A stretch of 64,000 nt of DNA from an uncultured Gemmatimonadales bacterium (GCA_963730185.1 CAVSQW010000007.1:448001-512000); one strand, 5' to 3'. Shown: positions 51,659 through 63,600, numbered from the stretch's first letter. Notes: generated by a model not told the origin, from the letters alone. Program-made: numbers and translations.

Positions 51659-52996
51659 GTGACGATGACGAACGATAGCCGTGAGCGCCGTGGACCGGTC
51701 GGTCGGGGGTGGCTGAGGACCGTCGGGCTGATCGCGGTGGCGATCTCGGTGGGGGGCGGCCCGCAGGCTCTGTCGGCGCAGGGCGCGCCGGATCAGGCCG
51801 TGGTGCTCCGCCCGGCCGCGGTCTTCACCGGAACCGTGCTGGAGCGGGGCTGGAGCGTGGTGGTGGAGGGGAGCCGGATCACGGCGGCGGGCCCATCCGT
51901 GACCGCTCCCCGGGGCGCCAAGGTCGTTTCGCTGCCCGGGCTGACCCTGATCCCGGGGCTGATCGAGGCGCATTCGCACCTGCTCCTCCATCCCTACAAC
52001 GAGACCCCCTGGACCGACCAGGTCCTGAAGGAGCCCCTGGCTCTCCGGGTGGCGCGGGCGACGGTCCACGCCCGGAACACCCTGATGGCGGGCTTCACCA
52101 CGGTGCGCGATCTCGGCACCGAGGGGGCGGGCTACGCCGACGTGGGTCTGAAGCAGGCCATCGTCCAGGGGATCATCCCCGGCCCGCGGATGCTGGTGGT
52201 GACCCGGGCGATCGTGGCCACGGGAAGCTACGCCCCCAAGGGCTTCGACCCCCGCTGGGACGTCCCGCAGGGGGCCGAGGAGGCGGACGGCATCGAGGAC
52301 CTGACCCGGGTGGTGCGTGACCAGATCGGGAAGGGCGCCGACTGGATCAAGGTCTACGCCGACTATCGCTGGGGGCCGCACGGCGAGGCGGAGCCCACCT
52401 TTTCGGAGGAGGAGCTTCGGCGGATCGTCGAGACGGCCGCCAGCAGCGGCCGGAAGGTCGCGGCCCATTCGGTGACGCCCGAAGGGATGCGGCGGGCCAC
52501 GCTCGCCGGCGTCACCACGATCGAGCACGGCGACCAGGGCACGCCCGAGGTCTTTGCCCTGATGGCCGAGCGGGGGGTGGCGCTCTGCCCGACGGTGGCG
52601 GCGGGCGACGCGATCCTCCAGTACGGAGGCTGGCACAAGGGCGTCGATCCGGAGCCCGCGTCGATCGCGGCCAAGCGGGCCAGCTTCCAGGCGGCGATGG
52701 CGGCCGGGGTGACGATCATCAGCGGGAGCGATGTGGGCGTGTTCACCCATGGCGACAATGCCCGCGAGCTCGAGATCATGGTCGACTACGGCATGAGTCC
52801 GCTCAAGGCGCTGGAGGCGGCCACCAGCGCGGACGCCCGGGTGCTGGGCCTCGACGATCGGGGGCGGGTCGCCCCGGGCCTCCTGGCCGACCTGGTCGCG
52901 GTCGACGGCGACCCGACCGCCACGATCAGCGCGATCCGGAAGGTGAAGTGGGTGATGAAGGGTGGGGTCGTCTATCGGGACGACCTCTCGCATTGA
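51659..52996 (+). CDS. Amidohydrolase family protein (Xaa-Pro dipeptidase-like)
   Basis: [44 protein letters not shown]. Confidence 0.9.
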   Translation: MTMTNDSRERRGPVGRGWLRTVGLIAVAISVGGGPQALSAQGAPDQAVVLRPAAVFTGTVLERGWSVVVEGSRITAAGPSVTAPRGAKVVSLPGLTLIPGLIEAHSHLLLHPYNETPWTDQVLKEPLALRVARATVHARNTLMAGFTTVRDLGTEGAGYADVGLKQAIVQGIIPGPRMLVVTRAIVATGSYAPKGFDPRWDVPQGAEEADGIEDLTRVVRDQIGKGADWIKVYADYRWGPHGEAEPTFSEEELRRIVETAASSGRKVAAHSVTPEGMRRATLAGVTTIEHGDQGTPEVFALMAERGVALCPTVAAGDAILQYGGWHKGVDPEPASIAAKRASFQAAMAAGVTIISGSDVGVFTHGDNARELEIMVDYGMSPLKALEAATSADARVLGLDDRGRVAPGLLADLVAVDGDPTATISAIRKVKWVMKGGVVYRDDLSH

Positions 52997-53012
52997 ACTC
53001 TTGGAGCCTCAG

Positions 53013-54689
53013 ATGACACGCGTTTCCCTGGGCCTGACGGCGTTGCTCGCGGGGGCCGTCGCACCGACCCTCGCGGCGCAGTCCCTCACCGACGTCCAAC
53101 GACAGCGGGTCGACAGCGTCTTCGCCGACTTCGACGGGACCAGCCGGCCCGGCTGCTCGCTCGGGATCGGGCGGAACGGGACGCCGGTCTACCTCCGCGG
53201 GTACGGGATGTCCGACCTCCAGCACAACCTGGCGATCACCCCACAGTCGATCTTCCACGTGGCGTCGGTGTCGAAGGAGTTCACCGCCTTCGCCATTGGG
53301 CTTCTGGCCGACGACGGCAAGCTCTCACTCGACGACGACGTCCACAAGTACCTCCCCGAGCTCCCGGACTACGGGAAGCCGATCACTCTCCGTCACCTGA
53401 TCTACCATACCAGCGGGATCCGCGATCAGTGGGAGCTGCTCGGATTGGCCGGCTGGCGGTACCCGGACGATCTCTTCACCCAGGAAGACGTGCTTCAGAT
53501 CGTGACCCGGCAGAAGCACCTCAACTTCGACCCCGGCGAGCAGTGGCTCTACAGCAACTCGGGCTACACCCTCCTCGCGATCATCGTGGAGCGGGTCTCC
53601 GGCAAGACGCTCCGCCGGTTCGCCGATGAACGGATCTTCCAGCCGCTGGGCATGACCCGGACCCAGGTTCACGACGACCACGCCCGGATCGTCGTCGACC
53701 GGACGTCCGCCTATGAGCGGGGGGACAGCGGGGTCTGGAAGATCAGCATCCCCGACTTCGACACCCACGGCGCCACCAGCCTCTTCACCACGGCCGCCGA
53801 CCTGCTCAAGTGGATGCACAACTTCGACGCCCCGACGGTGGGAAGCGCCGCGCTCATCCGAGACGCCCAGACCTCGTCCAAATTGAACAGCGGCAAGGAC
53901 ACCAATTACGCCTTCGGGCTCAGCCTCGAGACCTACCGGGGGGTCCGCGCGATCGGGCACGGTGGGGCCGACGCCGGCTATCGGGCCGACGTCGTCCGGT
54001 TCCCGGACGAGGGGCTCGAGGTGAGCGTCCTCTGCAACTTTGCGGAGGCAACCCCGAACCGCTATTCGCGAGCGGTGGCCGATGTGCTGCTGAACGGCAA
54101 GCTCGGGCCCCGCGACGAAGTGGCGCCGGTCCCGACCGGGATCGCGCTGTCCGACGCGCAGCTCGATGAGGTGGCCGGCGTGTACCGGACCCCCGGCACC
54201 GACCAGGCCTGGCTCCTCCGACGGCAGGACGGGAAGCTCACCCTGGTGAATTTCCAGCTGCCGCTGGCACCGATCGACGCCCGCCGCTTCACCGCGGCCG
54301 GCGTGGTGGCCGAGTTCACGGGGCCGGAGGGACAGCCGGCCACGGGCGCGACCCTTCGGGTCGGCCGCCAGGTGATCGACTCGATGGTCCGGGCGCCCTT
54401 CTTCGCGCCGTCGCGCGCCCAGCTCGCCGCCTTTGCCGGCGAGTACTGGAGCGACGAGCTCCAGATCTGGTATCGGGTCGAGCTGGCCGATTCCGGTCTG
54501 GTGCTCCACCGACCCAAGTTCCCGACTCGGCCGATGACCCCGGCCTTCGCGGACGCGTTCTTGGTCCCCGGCACCGGCACGCTCCGGTTCGCGAGGGAAA
54601 AGGGGCGTCCGGCCCGGTTCTTCGTGACCGGCGGACGAGTGCGCGGGGTCGAGTTCCGGCGAGGCACGGAAGGGAGCATGTCGCGATAG
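53013..54689 (+). CDS. Serine hydrolase (D-aminopeptidase/AmpC-like)
   Basis: Signal peptide; FHVASVSK, YSNSGY, HGGADAGY; two C-terminal beta domains. Confidence 0.9.
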   Translation: MTRVSLGLTALLAGAVAPTLAAQSLTDVQRQRVDSVFADFDGTSRPGCSLGIGRNGTPVYLRGYGMSDLQHNLAITPQSIFHVASVSKEFTAFAIGLLADDGKLSLDDDVHKYLPELPDYGKPITLRHLIYHTSGIRDQWELLGLAGWRYPDDLFTQEDVLQIVTRQKHLNFDPGEQWLYSNSGYTLLAIIVERVSGKTLRRFADERIFQPLGMTRTQVHDDHARIVVDRTSAYERGDSGVWKISIPDFDTHGATSLFTTAADLLKWMHNFDAPTVGSAALIRDAQTSSKLNSGKDTNYAFGLSLETYRGVRAIGHGGADAGYRADVVRFPDEGLEVSVLCNFAEATPNRYSRAVADVLLNGKLGPRDEVAPVPTGIALSDAQLDEVAGVYRTPGTDQAWLLRRQDGKLTLVNFQLPLAPIDARRFTAAGVVAEFTGPEGQPATGATLRVGRQVIDSMVRAPFFAPSRAQLAAFAGEYWSDELQIWYRVELADSGLVLHRPKFPTRPMTPAFADAFLVPGTGTLRFAREKGRPARFFVTGGRVRGVEFRRGTEGSMSR

Positions 54690-54711
54690 CGTCGTGGGGG
54701 CGGAGGCGGGC

Positions 54712-54741
54712 TTGACTCGGCTGGCGGCGGGCCGCTAGCAT
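54712..54741 (+). promoter_or_regulatory. Putative sigma-70 promoter of DUF1015-serA-serC
   Basis: TTGACT-N18-TAGCAT. Confidence 0.5.
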
Positions 54742-54777
54742 GCCAAGCTTCGATGGTTTTGGTGCTGAACCTCGGCT

Positions 54778-56019
54778 TTGAAGGGAACCGCCATCCGCCT
54801 CCGTCCGTTCCGCGCCTGGCGCCCCGACCCCGCGATCGCCGCCCGCGTCGCCGCGCCTCCGTACGACGTCGTTTCTCGCTCGGAAGCCGCCGAGCTGGCC
54901 CAGGGCAACCCCTTCAGCTTTCTCCGGGTAGGCCGGTCGGACATCGACCTGCCGCCCGACCTCGATCCCCACGACGAGCGGGTCTATCTCAAGGCGCGGG
55001 ACAACCTTCGCGCCTTCATGATCGACGGGACGCTCATCCAGGAGCCCACCCCGTCGCTCTACCTCTACGAGCTGACCCTTGGCGCTCGTTCGCAGGTGGG
55101 CGTGGTGGGGTGCGTCAACATCGACGACTATGAGCAAGACGTCATCCGGAAGCACGAGCGGACCCGGAAGGACAAGGAAGATGACCGGACCCGCCACGTC
55201 CTGACGCTGGGGGCCAACGCCGAGCCGGTGTTCCTGACCTTCAGCGGCCAGCCGATCATCGACCGGCTCAACGCGGTCGAGATGGCCGGTCGGCCGCTCT
55301 ACGACTTCAGCTCGGCCGATAGGGTGCGCCATCGGGTCTGGCGGATCGGGAATGTCGAGCCCTACGTCGACGCCTTTCGCCGAATCCCGGTGGCCTACGT
55401 CGCGGACGGCCACCACCGCTCCGCCAGCGCCTGGCGGGCCGGGCGGGAGCTCCGGGCCGAGAATCCGCACCACACCGGCGACGAGGAGTACAACTGGTTT
55501 CTGGCCGTCCTGTTCCCGGCCAACCAGCTTGCCATCCTGCCGTACAACCGGGTGGTGAAGGACCTCAACGGGCTCTCCCCCGAGGCGCTCCTGGCCCGAC
55601 TCGCGGAGCTGGGCTCGGTGGCACCGACCGCGAACCCCTCGCCCGAGCGCTCGGGCGTCATCGCGGTGTACCTGGATGGCGCCTGGCACCGTCTCGAGCT
55701 CGATCCGGCGTCGATCAACACCGAGGATCCGATCAAGTCGCTCGATGCCGATCTCCTCTACGATCGGATCCTCGAGCCGATTCTCGGGATCGGCGACATC
55801 CGAAGCGACCCCCGGATCGATTTCGTGGGGGGCGGTCGGGGCACGGCCGAGCTCGAGCGGCGGGTCGACTCGGGCGAGGCGGCCGTCGCGTTCTCGCTGT
55901 ACCCCGTTCAGATCGAGCAGGTGATGGCGGTCTCGGACGGCGGGGGGATCATGCCTCCCAAGAGCACCTGGTTCGAGCCCAAGCTCAAGAGCGGGCTCTT
56001 CGTTCACACCCTCGACTGA
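54778..56019 (+). CDS. DUF1015 family protein (ParB/Srx-like)
   Basis: RPF, PPYDVV, KHERT..KE.DR, YVADGHHR.A, YNRVV, MPPKSTWFEPKL.SG. Confidence 0.9.
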   Translation: MKGTAIRLRPFRAWRPDPAIAARVAAPPYDVVSRSEAAELAQGNPFSFLRVGRSDIDLPPDLDPHDERVYLKARDNLRAFMIDGTLIQEPTPSLYLYELTLGARSQVGVVGCVNIDDYEQDVIRKHERTRKDKEDDRTRHVLTLGANAEPVFLTFSGQPIIDRLNAVEMAGRPLYDFSSADRVRHRVWRIGNVEPYVDAFRRIPVAYVADGHHRSASAWRAGRELRAENPHHTGDEEYNWFLAVLFPANQLAILPYNRVVKDLNGLSPEALLARLAELGSVAPTANPSPERSGVIAVYLDGAWHRLELDPASINTEDPIKSLDADLLYDRILEPILGIGDIRSDPRIDFVGGGRGTAELERRVDSGEAAVAFSLYPVQIEQVMAVSDGGGIMPPKSTWFEPKLKSGLFVHTLD

Positions 56020-56031
56020 CCCCGTACTCCC

Positions 56032-57240
56032 ATGACGCGTGTATTGATCGCCGACAAGTTCGAGAAGGTCGGCGTTGACGGACTCAAGGACATCGGTTGC
56101 GAGGTTATCCAACGCCCGGATGCCAAGGCCGACGACCTGCCGGCGCTGGTCAAGGAGCTCGACCCCAGGATCCTGGTGGTCCGGAGCACCAAGGTCACCG
56201 AGGCGGCGCTCTCCGCCGGACCCCGGCTCTCGCTGGTCATCCGGGCCGGTGCCGGGATCGACACGATCGACGTGAAGGCGGCCTCCCGGCTCGGCATCTT
56301 CGTCGCCAACTGCCCTGGCAAGAACGCCATCGCGGTGGCCGAGCTGGTGCTCGGGCTGTTGTTGTCGTGCGACCGGCGAATCCCCGACCAGGTGGCGGAC
56401 CTTCGCCAGGGCAGTTGGAACAAGGCGGAGTTCGCCAAGGCGCGAGGCCTTAACGGGCGCACCCTCGGCATCATCGGTCTCGGCCAGATCGGCAAGGAGG
56501 TCGCCCGGCGGGCCTTGGCCTTCGGGATGAAGGTGGTGGCCTGGTCGCGCCAGCTCACCATCGAGGAGGCCGAGGAGCTCGGGATCGGCTACGCCCAAAC
56601 GCCCCTCGACGTGGCCCGAGTCGCCGACGCCGTGTCGATCAACGTCGCGGCCACCGGGGAGACGAAGGAGCTCGTCAATCGCGAGTTCCTGGCGGCGATG
56701 CGGCCCGGGGCGTATCTGATCAATACGTCGCGCGGCACCGTGGTCGACGAGGCCGCCCTCCTCGAGGCGATCCAGACCCAGGGTCTCCGCGCGGGGCTCG
56801 ACGTCTATCAGGGCGAGCCCGGCACCAGCAAAGGCACCTTCGACTCCGCCCTCGCCAAGTCCCCCGGGGTCTTCGGGACCCACCACATCGGCGCGTCGAC
56901 CGACCAGGCGCAGGTGGCCATCGCTCACGAAGCGATCCGGATCGTGCAGCAGTACCTCGACACCGGGGTCGCGCCGCACTGTGTGAACCGGCTGGCCAAG
57001 AGCTCGGCCACGCACGTGCTCGCCGTCCGCCACCAGAACCGGCCCGGCGTGCTGGCGCACGTCTTCCGGGTGCTCTCCGACAGCGCGATCAACGTCGAGG
57101 AGGTGGAGAACCTGGCGTACCACGGGGCCGAGGCGGCCTGCGCCCGGATCCACGTCTCGGGCAAGCCAACCGACGGCGCGCTGGACGCGATCCGAAGCGG
57201 GAACCCCAACGTGATCAGCGTGGAGCTGGCGGGGCTGTAG
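56032..57240 (+). CDS. serA: D-3-phosphoglycerate dehydrogenase with ACT domain
   Basis: RAGAGIDTID, NAIAVAE, GLGQIG, NTSRG, HIGAST, HQNRPGVL. Confidence 0.9.
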   Translation: MTRVLIADKFEKVGVDGLKDIGCEVIQRPDAKADDLPALVKELDPRILVVRSTKVTEAALSAGPRLSLVIRAGAGIDTIDVKAASRLGIFVANCPGKNAIAVAELVLGLLLSCDRRIPDQVADLRQGSWNKAEFAKARGLNGRTLGIIGLGQIGKEVARRALAFGMKVVAWSRQLTIEEAEELGIGYAQTPLDVARVADAVSINVAATGETKELVNREFLAAMRPGAYLINTSRGTVVDEAALLEAIQTQGLRAGLDVYQGEPGTSKGTFDSALAKSPGVFGTHHIGASTDQAQVAIAHEAIRIVQQYLDTGVAPHCVNRLAKSSATHVLAVRHQNRPGVLAHVFRVLSDSAINVEEVENLAYHGAEAACARIHVSGKPTDGALDAIRSGNPNVISVELAGL

Positions 57241-57294
57241 GCGGTGGGAGGTGGGGGGATCGGGGGGGCGACCACACTCAACGGGACGGGCGGG

Positions 57295-58377
57295 ATGCGG
57301 GTTCACAACTTCAATGCCGGGCCGGGGACGCTCCCCGAATCCGTGCTCAAGCAAGCGCAGCAGGACGTCTGGGACATCGGCGGTTCCGGGATGGGCATCA
57401 TGGAGCACAGCCATCGGGGCAAGCTGTTCTCCAAGGTCATCGCCGAGGCCGAGGCCGACGCCCGCCGGCTGGCGGACATCCCCGACGACTACGACGTGTT
57501 GTTCGTTCAGGGCGGCGCCAGCCAGCAGTTCGCGATGGTGCCGATGAACCTGCTGGCGGCGGGACGCACGGCCGACTACCTGGTGACCGGGTCCTGGAGC
57601 CAGAAGGCGCTCAAGGAAGCCAAGCTCTTCGGCGCCACGCACGTCGCCGCGACCGGTGAGGCCGGCAATTTCGGCGAGATCCCCTCGCCCGGATCGATCC
57701 GGTTCTCCCCGGATCCGGTCTACGTCCACGTCACCACCAACAACACGATCTTCGGCACCGAGTGGCCCACCGAGCCACCGGTTCCCGAAGGCGTGCCGCT
57801 GGTGGCCGATGCGTCGAGCGACATCTTCTCCCGTCTGATCGACGTCCGGAAGTACGGCTTGATCTACGCCGGCGCCCAGAAGAACCTGGGACCGTCGGGC
57901 ATCGTGCTGGTGATCGTCCGGAAGGATCTGGTCGACCGGGGTCCGTCGACCCTGGCCACCATGCTGCAGTACCGGACCTACGCCAAGAACCAGTCGCTCT
58001 ACAACACCCCGCCCACCCTCGCCATCTACATGGTGGGCCTGGTCCTCAAGTGGATCCTGGAGACCGGCGGTCTGGTCGCGATGGGGGAGCGCAACGCCGA
58101 GAAGGCGGGGCTCCTGTACCGGTTCCTCGAGCAGAGCGAGTTCTACCGGACCACGGCGGCCCCGACCAGCCGCTCCCTCATGAACGTCTGCTTCCGGGCG
58201 CCGAGCGAGGAGTTGGAGGCCAAGCTGGTGGCCGAGGCCGAGAAGCGAGGATTGGCCGGGCTCAAGGGGCACCGCTCGGTGGGTGGGATGCGGGCCAGCA
58301 TCTACAACGCCTGCCGGCGGGACAGCGTGGCGGCCCTGGTGGAGTTCCTTCAGGAGTTCGAGCGGGCCAACCGTTAG
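57295..58377 (+). CDS. serC: Phosphoserine aminotransferase
   Basis: [54 protein letters not shown]. Confidence 0.97.
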   Translation: MRVHNFNAGPGTLPESVLKQAQQDVWDIGGSGMGIMEHSHRGKLFSKVIAEAEADARRLADIPDDYDVLFVQGGASQQFAMVPMNLLAAGRTADYLVTGSWSQKALKEAKLFGATHVAATGEAGNFGEIPSPGSIRFSPDPVYVHVTTNNTIFGTEWPTEPPVPEGVPLVADASSDIFSRLIDVRKYGLIYAGAQKNLGPSGIVLVIVRKDLVDRGPSTLATMLQYRTYAKNQSLYNTPPTLAIYMVGLVLKWILETGGLVAMGERNAEKAGLLYRFLEQSEFYRTTAAPTSRSLMNVCFRAPSEELEAKLVAEAEKRGLAGLKGHRSVGGMRASIYNACRRDSVAALVEFLQEFERANR

Positions 58378-59069
58378 GCGATCTCCGCCGCCGGGGGCGG
58401 CGCCTCGGTGAAGTCGGCGCGCCGCGCCATCCGGCCGGACGCGAAGCCGGCGATCGTGTCGTAGAGGGCGTGTACCACGATCGCCGGCACCAGCGACCCC
58501 GTCACCAGCACCAGGCCGTGAAAGCCGACCGCGATCGCGAAGACGATCGCGGCGGCCCGCCATCCCTGGACCGCGTGCCCCACCGCGAACGCCAGGGCGG
58601 CGAGGCCGACGGCCGCGAGCGGTGAACCGGTCACCGAGACCAGGAGCAGATAGAGCACGCCGCGATAGGTGATCTCCTCGCTCACCCCGGCCAGCGCGCT
58701 CACCACGACCCAGAGGCCGTGCTCGGGGCGGGTCATCGGGCTGGCGAGGAGCACCCGCCGGTCGCGGCTCCGGATCCGGCGCCGCCACTCCGGGGCCAAG
58801 ATCGCGACGCTCACCACCAGAAACGCCCCGGCCAGGAGCCAGCCCCGCCCGTCCGGCGGCGCGACGGAGAGCGGAAGGCCGGCGCTCCACGCGACCAGCA
58901 GCGAGAATCCCAGAAAGACCGTCTGCTGGAGAATCACCGTGGCGTAGAAGACCGGTCGTGGTGGCAGGGGCATCGCCCCGATGCGCTGCAGGCTCCGCAC
59001 CCCCAGGACCGGCACCGCGATCCCGAACCAGACGATGTGCGCGATGCCGGCCGGGCCCGGAATGGTCAT
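58374..59069 (-). CDS. CPBP (CAAX/Abi) family intramembrane metalloprotease
   Basis: EEITYRG, FAVGH, HALYD; multiple TM segments. Confidence 0.88.
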   Translation of the reverse strand: MTIPGPAGIAHIVWFGIAVPVLGVRSLQRIGAMPLPPRPVFYATVILQQTVFLGFSLLVAWSAGLPLSVAPPDGRGWLLAGAFLVVSVAILAPEWRRRIRSRDRRVLLASPMTRPEHGLWVVVSALAGVSEEITYRGVLYLLLVSVTGSPLAAVGLAALAFAVGHAVQGWRAAAIVFAIAVGFHGLVLVTGSLVPAIVVHALYDTIAGFASGRMARRADFTEAPPPAAEIA

Positions 59070-59088
59070 GACCGGAGCCGAGCCCGGG

Positions 59089-59505
59089 TCAGGCGGCCAG
59101 CGCCGCGGCCTGCCGGCGGACCCGCTGGACGATGGCGGTGAGCCCCTGAGTGCGCATCATCCCCAGGGCTTCGTCCAGGCCGAGCTGGTGGAGGAGGTCG
59201 GGGGGCAGAGTGGCGGCCACGGTGGGGGGGCGCCCGTCGAGTGCCTGGACCAGGAGGCCGACGAATCCCCGCACCGTCGGCGACTCCCGGGGGACGTCGG
59301 CCTGGAGCCGAAGGGCGTCGCCCTCCCGCTCGAACCAGAGAAAAACCGGGGTCTGGCACTCGGTGACCCGATGTCCCTCCCGGTCTCGATCAGCCTGGAG
59401 CCGATCGGGGAGGTCCGGCAGCTTCCGGGCCGCGTCGAGCAACGCCTCGAGGCGGGTCGCCTTGTCGGCGGCCTTGAAGCGTCGGATCATCTGGTCGAGC
59501 TCCAT
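59089..59505 (-). CDS. sufE: SufE family sulfur-acceptor protein
   Basis: RVTECQTPV, SPTVRGF, L..MR.QGL. Confidence 0.85.
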   Translation of the reverse strand: MELDQMIRRFKAADKATRLEALLDAARKLPDLPDRLQADRDREGHRVTECQTPVFLWFEREGDALRLQADVPRESPTVRGFVGLLVQALDGRPPTVAATLPPDLLHQLGLDEALGMMRTQGLTAIVQRVRRQAAALAA

Positions 59506-59552
59506 CGGCAAACCTCTGACATTCCGGCCGGTTCCAATCTACACTACGAGCC

Positions 59553-60422
59553 ATGACACCTACCCTTGCCGGTCCCGTCGTCTCCACCGCGTGGCTCGCC
59601 GCGCACCTCGCCGATCCTGCCGTCGTGGTGGTCGACGCCTCGTGGTACCTGCCCGCGACGAATCGCGACCCCCGGGACGAATACCGAGCCGCTCACCTGC
59701 CCGGCGCCGTCTTCTGGGACCTCGACGCGCTGAGCCGCCAGGACACGTCGCTCCCCCACATGCTTCCCGATCCGGTCACCTTCGCCCGGCAGGCCGGGCG
59801 GCTCGGGATCGGCAACGACAGCGTCGTGGTCGTCTACGACGGCTCTGGCGCCAACCTGAGCGCCCCCCGAGTGTGGTGGGAGCTCCGATTGCACGGCCAC
59901 GACCGGGTGGCGGTGCTGGACGGCGGGATGGCCAAGTGGCGGGCGGAGGGCCGGCCAGTCGACGCCGGCCTGGTGACCCGGGAGCCCACCTCGTTCGACG
60001 TGAAGCTCCGGCCCGGTCTGCTCCGGTCGCTCGAGGAGGTACGGGCGGCGATCGGGACCGACGCGCAGCTGTTGGACGCCCGCTCCCGCGGCCGGTTCGA
60101 GGCCACCGAGCCCGAGCCCCGGCCGGGAATCCGGGGCGGGCACGTGCCCGGTTCCCGGTGTGTGCCCTACGGCGACCTGGTGACCCCGGACGGCACCCTC
60201 AAGTCCCCGACGGAGCTTCGCCGTCTCTTTGCGGCGGCCGGCATCGACCTCGATCGCCCGGTGACCACCAGCTGCGGCTCGGGCGTCTCGGCCTGCGCCC
60301 TGGCGCTGGCGGTGAACCTGGCCGGCGGATCGGATGCGGCGGTCTACGACGGCTCGTGGACCGAGTGGGGGGGGCGGGAGGACACGCCGATCGAGACGGG
60401 AGCGCCGTCCGAGGGGAGCTAG
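59553..60422 (+). CDS. sseA: 3-mercaptopyruvate sulfurtransferase (tandem rhodanese)
   Basis: VDASWYLP, HMLP, GHVPG, active loop [15 protein letters not shown]. Confidence 0.9.
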   Translation: MTPTLAGPVVSTAWLAAHLADPAVVVVDASWYLPATNRDPRDEYRAAHLPGAVFWDLDALSRQDTSLPHMLPDPVTFARQAGRLGIGNDSVVVVYDGSGANLSAPRVWWELRLHGHDRVAVLDGGMAKWRAEGRPVDAGLVTREPTSFDVKLRPGLLRSLEEVRAAIGTDAQLLDARSRGRFEATEPEPRPGIRGGHVPGSRCVPYGDLVTPDGTLKSPTELRRLFAAAGIDLDRPVTTSCGSGVSACALALAVNLAGGSDAAVYDGSWTEWGGREDTPIETGAPSEGS

Positions 60423-60432
60423 GCCGGGACGC

Positions 60433-61992
60433 CTAGCGGCACTTGGCCGCCAGCTGCCGAGGGATCGGGTGGTGCGGGAGAAGCGCGGCGGCCCGCCGGG
60501 CATGGACGGCCGCCTCGGGACAGGACGTCCGGAGCGCCAGCAGGATCTCAAGGCGGTAGCTCGCCGGGTCGTAGCGGACCGCCCGCTCCAATCGGGATCG
60601 CGGTGAGCCCGTGCCCGCGGTGAGGATCGAGGCGAGCTGGGTGCCGCTTCGCAGGCCGGCGGCCAGCACGACCAGCGCGACGGCGCCGAGGACCCATCGC
60701 CGCCGACGTCCCTCCAGCGTCGCGACCGGGCGCGTCGCGGGGAGGAGCGCGCCTAAGCTCACCATCACCACGAACGTCGGCGGTGCCAGCAAGAGCACCG
60801 CGTCGAAGAGCCCCTCCACCGAGGCCGCCGTCACCAGGCCGACCGCCGCCAACCCGGCCAGGGCGGCGCCGCTCTCCGGGCTCGCGCTCCGCCGGACCGC
60901 GATCACCACGAACCCGAAGAGCGCCAGCGCGAGCAGGAGCCCGCCGGCCGGACCCCGCTCCGCCACGGTCGCCACCCAGTCACTGCTCGGCCACGGGTTG
61001 GTGGGCATCGGGTCGACCGCGTCGTAGGACGGATCGCCCGGGGTCGTCACCAACGGGTAGAGCACCGGCCAGTTGCCCGGCCCGGTCCCGAGCAGGGGAT
61101 CGCGCTCGACCAGCTTGAGGCTGTTCCGATACTGCACCAGGCGCCCCCGCCCGGAGCCTTCCTGATAGCTCAGCACCCGGCGGAGGGAGTCGCGGTACGG
61201 GGTCGACGACTTCCAGTCGAGCTGGTTCGGGATCACCAGCGCTCCCAACGTCCCCAACCCCAGCGCGAGAGCCAGCTGTCCCAGGCGCCGGCGGGGGATC
61301 CGAGGCTCCCGGCCCCGTCTGGTCAGGAGACCCACTAGGACGGCGACGGCGGTTGTCGCCACGAGGCCGAGCCAGGCCGCCCGCGATCGGGACATCACGA
61401 CCGCTCCCATCATCGTGGCCAGCGCCAGGGACCAGACCGCCACGCTTGCCCGGCGGGTCGAGGTCACGAAGAGCCAGGCGGCGAGCGGCAGGCCGATCAC
61501 CATCAGGTGGGCCATGAAGTTCCGGTTGCCGAACGTGCCGCCGGGAGCCCGGGCCTCGGTCAGCAGCTCGGAGGAGTAGCCATAGGCCTGCGCCAGCCCG
61601 GTGGCGCCGCCGGCCAGCACCGCCAGGGTGAGGGCGATCACCACCGGCCGGGGGCCGATCCCCTCGGCCACGACCCGCCCGCCGAAGTAGACGACCAGGC
61701 CGGAGGCGGTGATCCCGAGCGCCCGGATGGCCATCCAGTGGTTCGTCGCGAAGGCGGCCGACAGCGCTGACCAACCCACGAACAGGCCGAGCAGCGTTTC
61801 GGCCAGGCCGAGCTCAAAGCGCTTGCGCCGGGCGAGGATGAGGGGAAGCAGCGCCAGAGCCGTCAGATGGAGCACCAGCTCCTTCGGCACCCCGAAGCGG
61901 TCGAGGTCGAAGAGCGTCGACGGCACGGCGGCCAACACCGCGCCCAGGCCGCCGAGCGCGACCAGCACCAGACCGAGCCAGGAGACGAGCAT
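60433..61992 (-). CDS. O-antigen ligase (Wzy_C) family membrane protein
   Basis: Many TMs; GTFGNRN, SRSRAAWLG, PLLGTGPGNW, ERG..G. Confidence 0.8.
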   Translation of the reverse strand: MLVSWLGLVLVALGGLGAVLAAVPSTLFDLDRFGVPKELVLHLTALALLPLILARRKRFELGLAETLLGLFVGWSALSAAFATNHWMAIRALGITASGLVVYFGGRVVAEGIGPRPVVIALTLAVLAGGATGLAQAYGYSSELLTEARAPGGTFGNRNFMAHLMVIGLPLAAWLFVTSTRRASVAVWSLALATMMGAVVMSRSRAAWLGLVATTAVAVLVGLLTRRGREPRIPRRRLGQLALALGLGTLGALVIPNQLDWKSSTPYRDSLRRVLSYQEGSGRGRLVQYRNSLKLVERDPLLGTGPGNWPVLYPLVTTPGDPSYDAVDPMPTNPWPSSDWVATVAERGPAGGLLLALALFGFVVIAVRRSASPESGAALAGLAAVGLVTAASVEGLFDAVLLLAPPTFVVMVSLGALLPATRPVATLEGRRRRWVLGAVALVVLAAGLRSGTQLASILTAGTGSPRSRLERAVRYDPASYRLEILLALRTSCPEAAVHARRAAALLPHHPIPRQLAAKCR

Positions 61993-62057
61993 CGCGCGGA
62001 TTGTAGACGGCGGCGCCTCGGGGGCAAAGTCCGGAGCCGTGCGGCTACATTACCGGG

Positions 62058-62642
62058 ATGGTAGAGGAACCGGGCATGGACGACGACATGGTGCTGGCGG
62101 CGACGGATCGGCCGGTACCCCTGAGTGTACGACGGATCGACGACGATCGGGTGCCGGAGGGGCTGGTGGGGTTGGGGTCGTTTCTCGACCAGCGCTTGAT
62201 CGCCCGCTGTGCCGTCCCGACCGATGTCGCGGCGATGATCGAGGAGCAGGAGCTGTTCGAGCAGCCGGTGCAGCTGGTGCTGGCTGCGCGGGAGGAAGCG
62301 CCCGGCCTCCAGTGCCGGCTTTTCGCGGTGGTCGAGGTCCCTCAGGGCCGGGAGGACGAGCCCCGGGAGCCCTGGGCCGACTCCGTGCCCGGCGCGGGAT
62401 TCGACCAGGAGAACGAGGAGGACGAGGAAGATGCGGAGCCGGCCCAGGCGATGGTCTTCCTGGGGCAGATCATCCGGTTCGAGCGCGACCGCCGGCACAA
62501 AGAGAGCCTCGCCCTCGAAACCGCGGACGTGCTCCGGCGGATCGTCGAGGGGCAGGCGGTCGAGGTGGTGGACAAGGTCATCGAGGACCTCACGAACGGC
62601 TCGGATCACGACCCCGGCGAGCAAGGGCCCGCGTCGGCTTGA
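62058..62642 (+). CDS. Acidic hypothetical protein
   Basis: 194-aa ORF with coding-like codon usage; TACATT -10 box 6 nt upstream of ATG. Confidence 0.7.
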   Translation: MVEEPGMDDDMVLAATDRPVPLSVRRIDDDRVPEGLVGLGSFLDQRLIARCAVPTDVAAMIEEQELFEQPVQLVLAAREEAPGLQCRLFAVVEVPQGREDEPREPWADSVPGAGFDQENEEDEEDAEPAQAMVFLGQIIRFERDRRHKESLALETADVLRRIVEGQAVEVVDKVIEDLTNGSDHDPGEQGPASA

Positions 62643-62697
62643 CTTTCCCCGGACGGTTCTCGTACTTACGCGCCCACGCTGGGCGGGAGGGTCGGCA

Positions 62698-63573
<876 letters not shown>

Positions 63574-63600
63574 GCCCGACTTCCGACGGGTGGTGTCCCG

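Noticed and set aside
54316..58890. 1524-aa minus-strand ORF
   Set aside because: Antisense shadow of DUF1015-serA-serC caused by GC3 bias; no recognisable motifs.
58374..59069. Abi anti-phage or bacteriocin immunity system
   Set aside because: Lone CPBP protease with no adjacent toxin or defence genes; the family name alone is not evidence.
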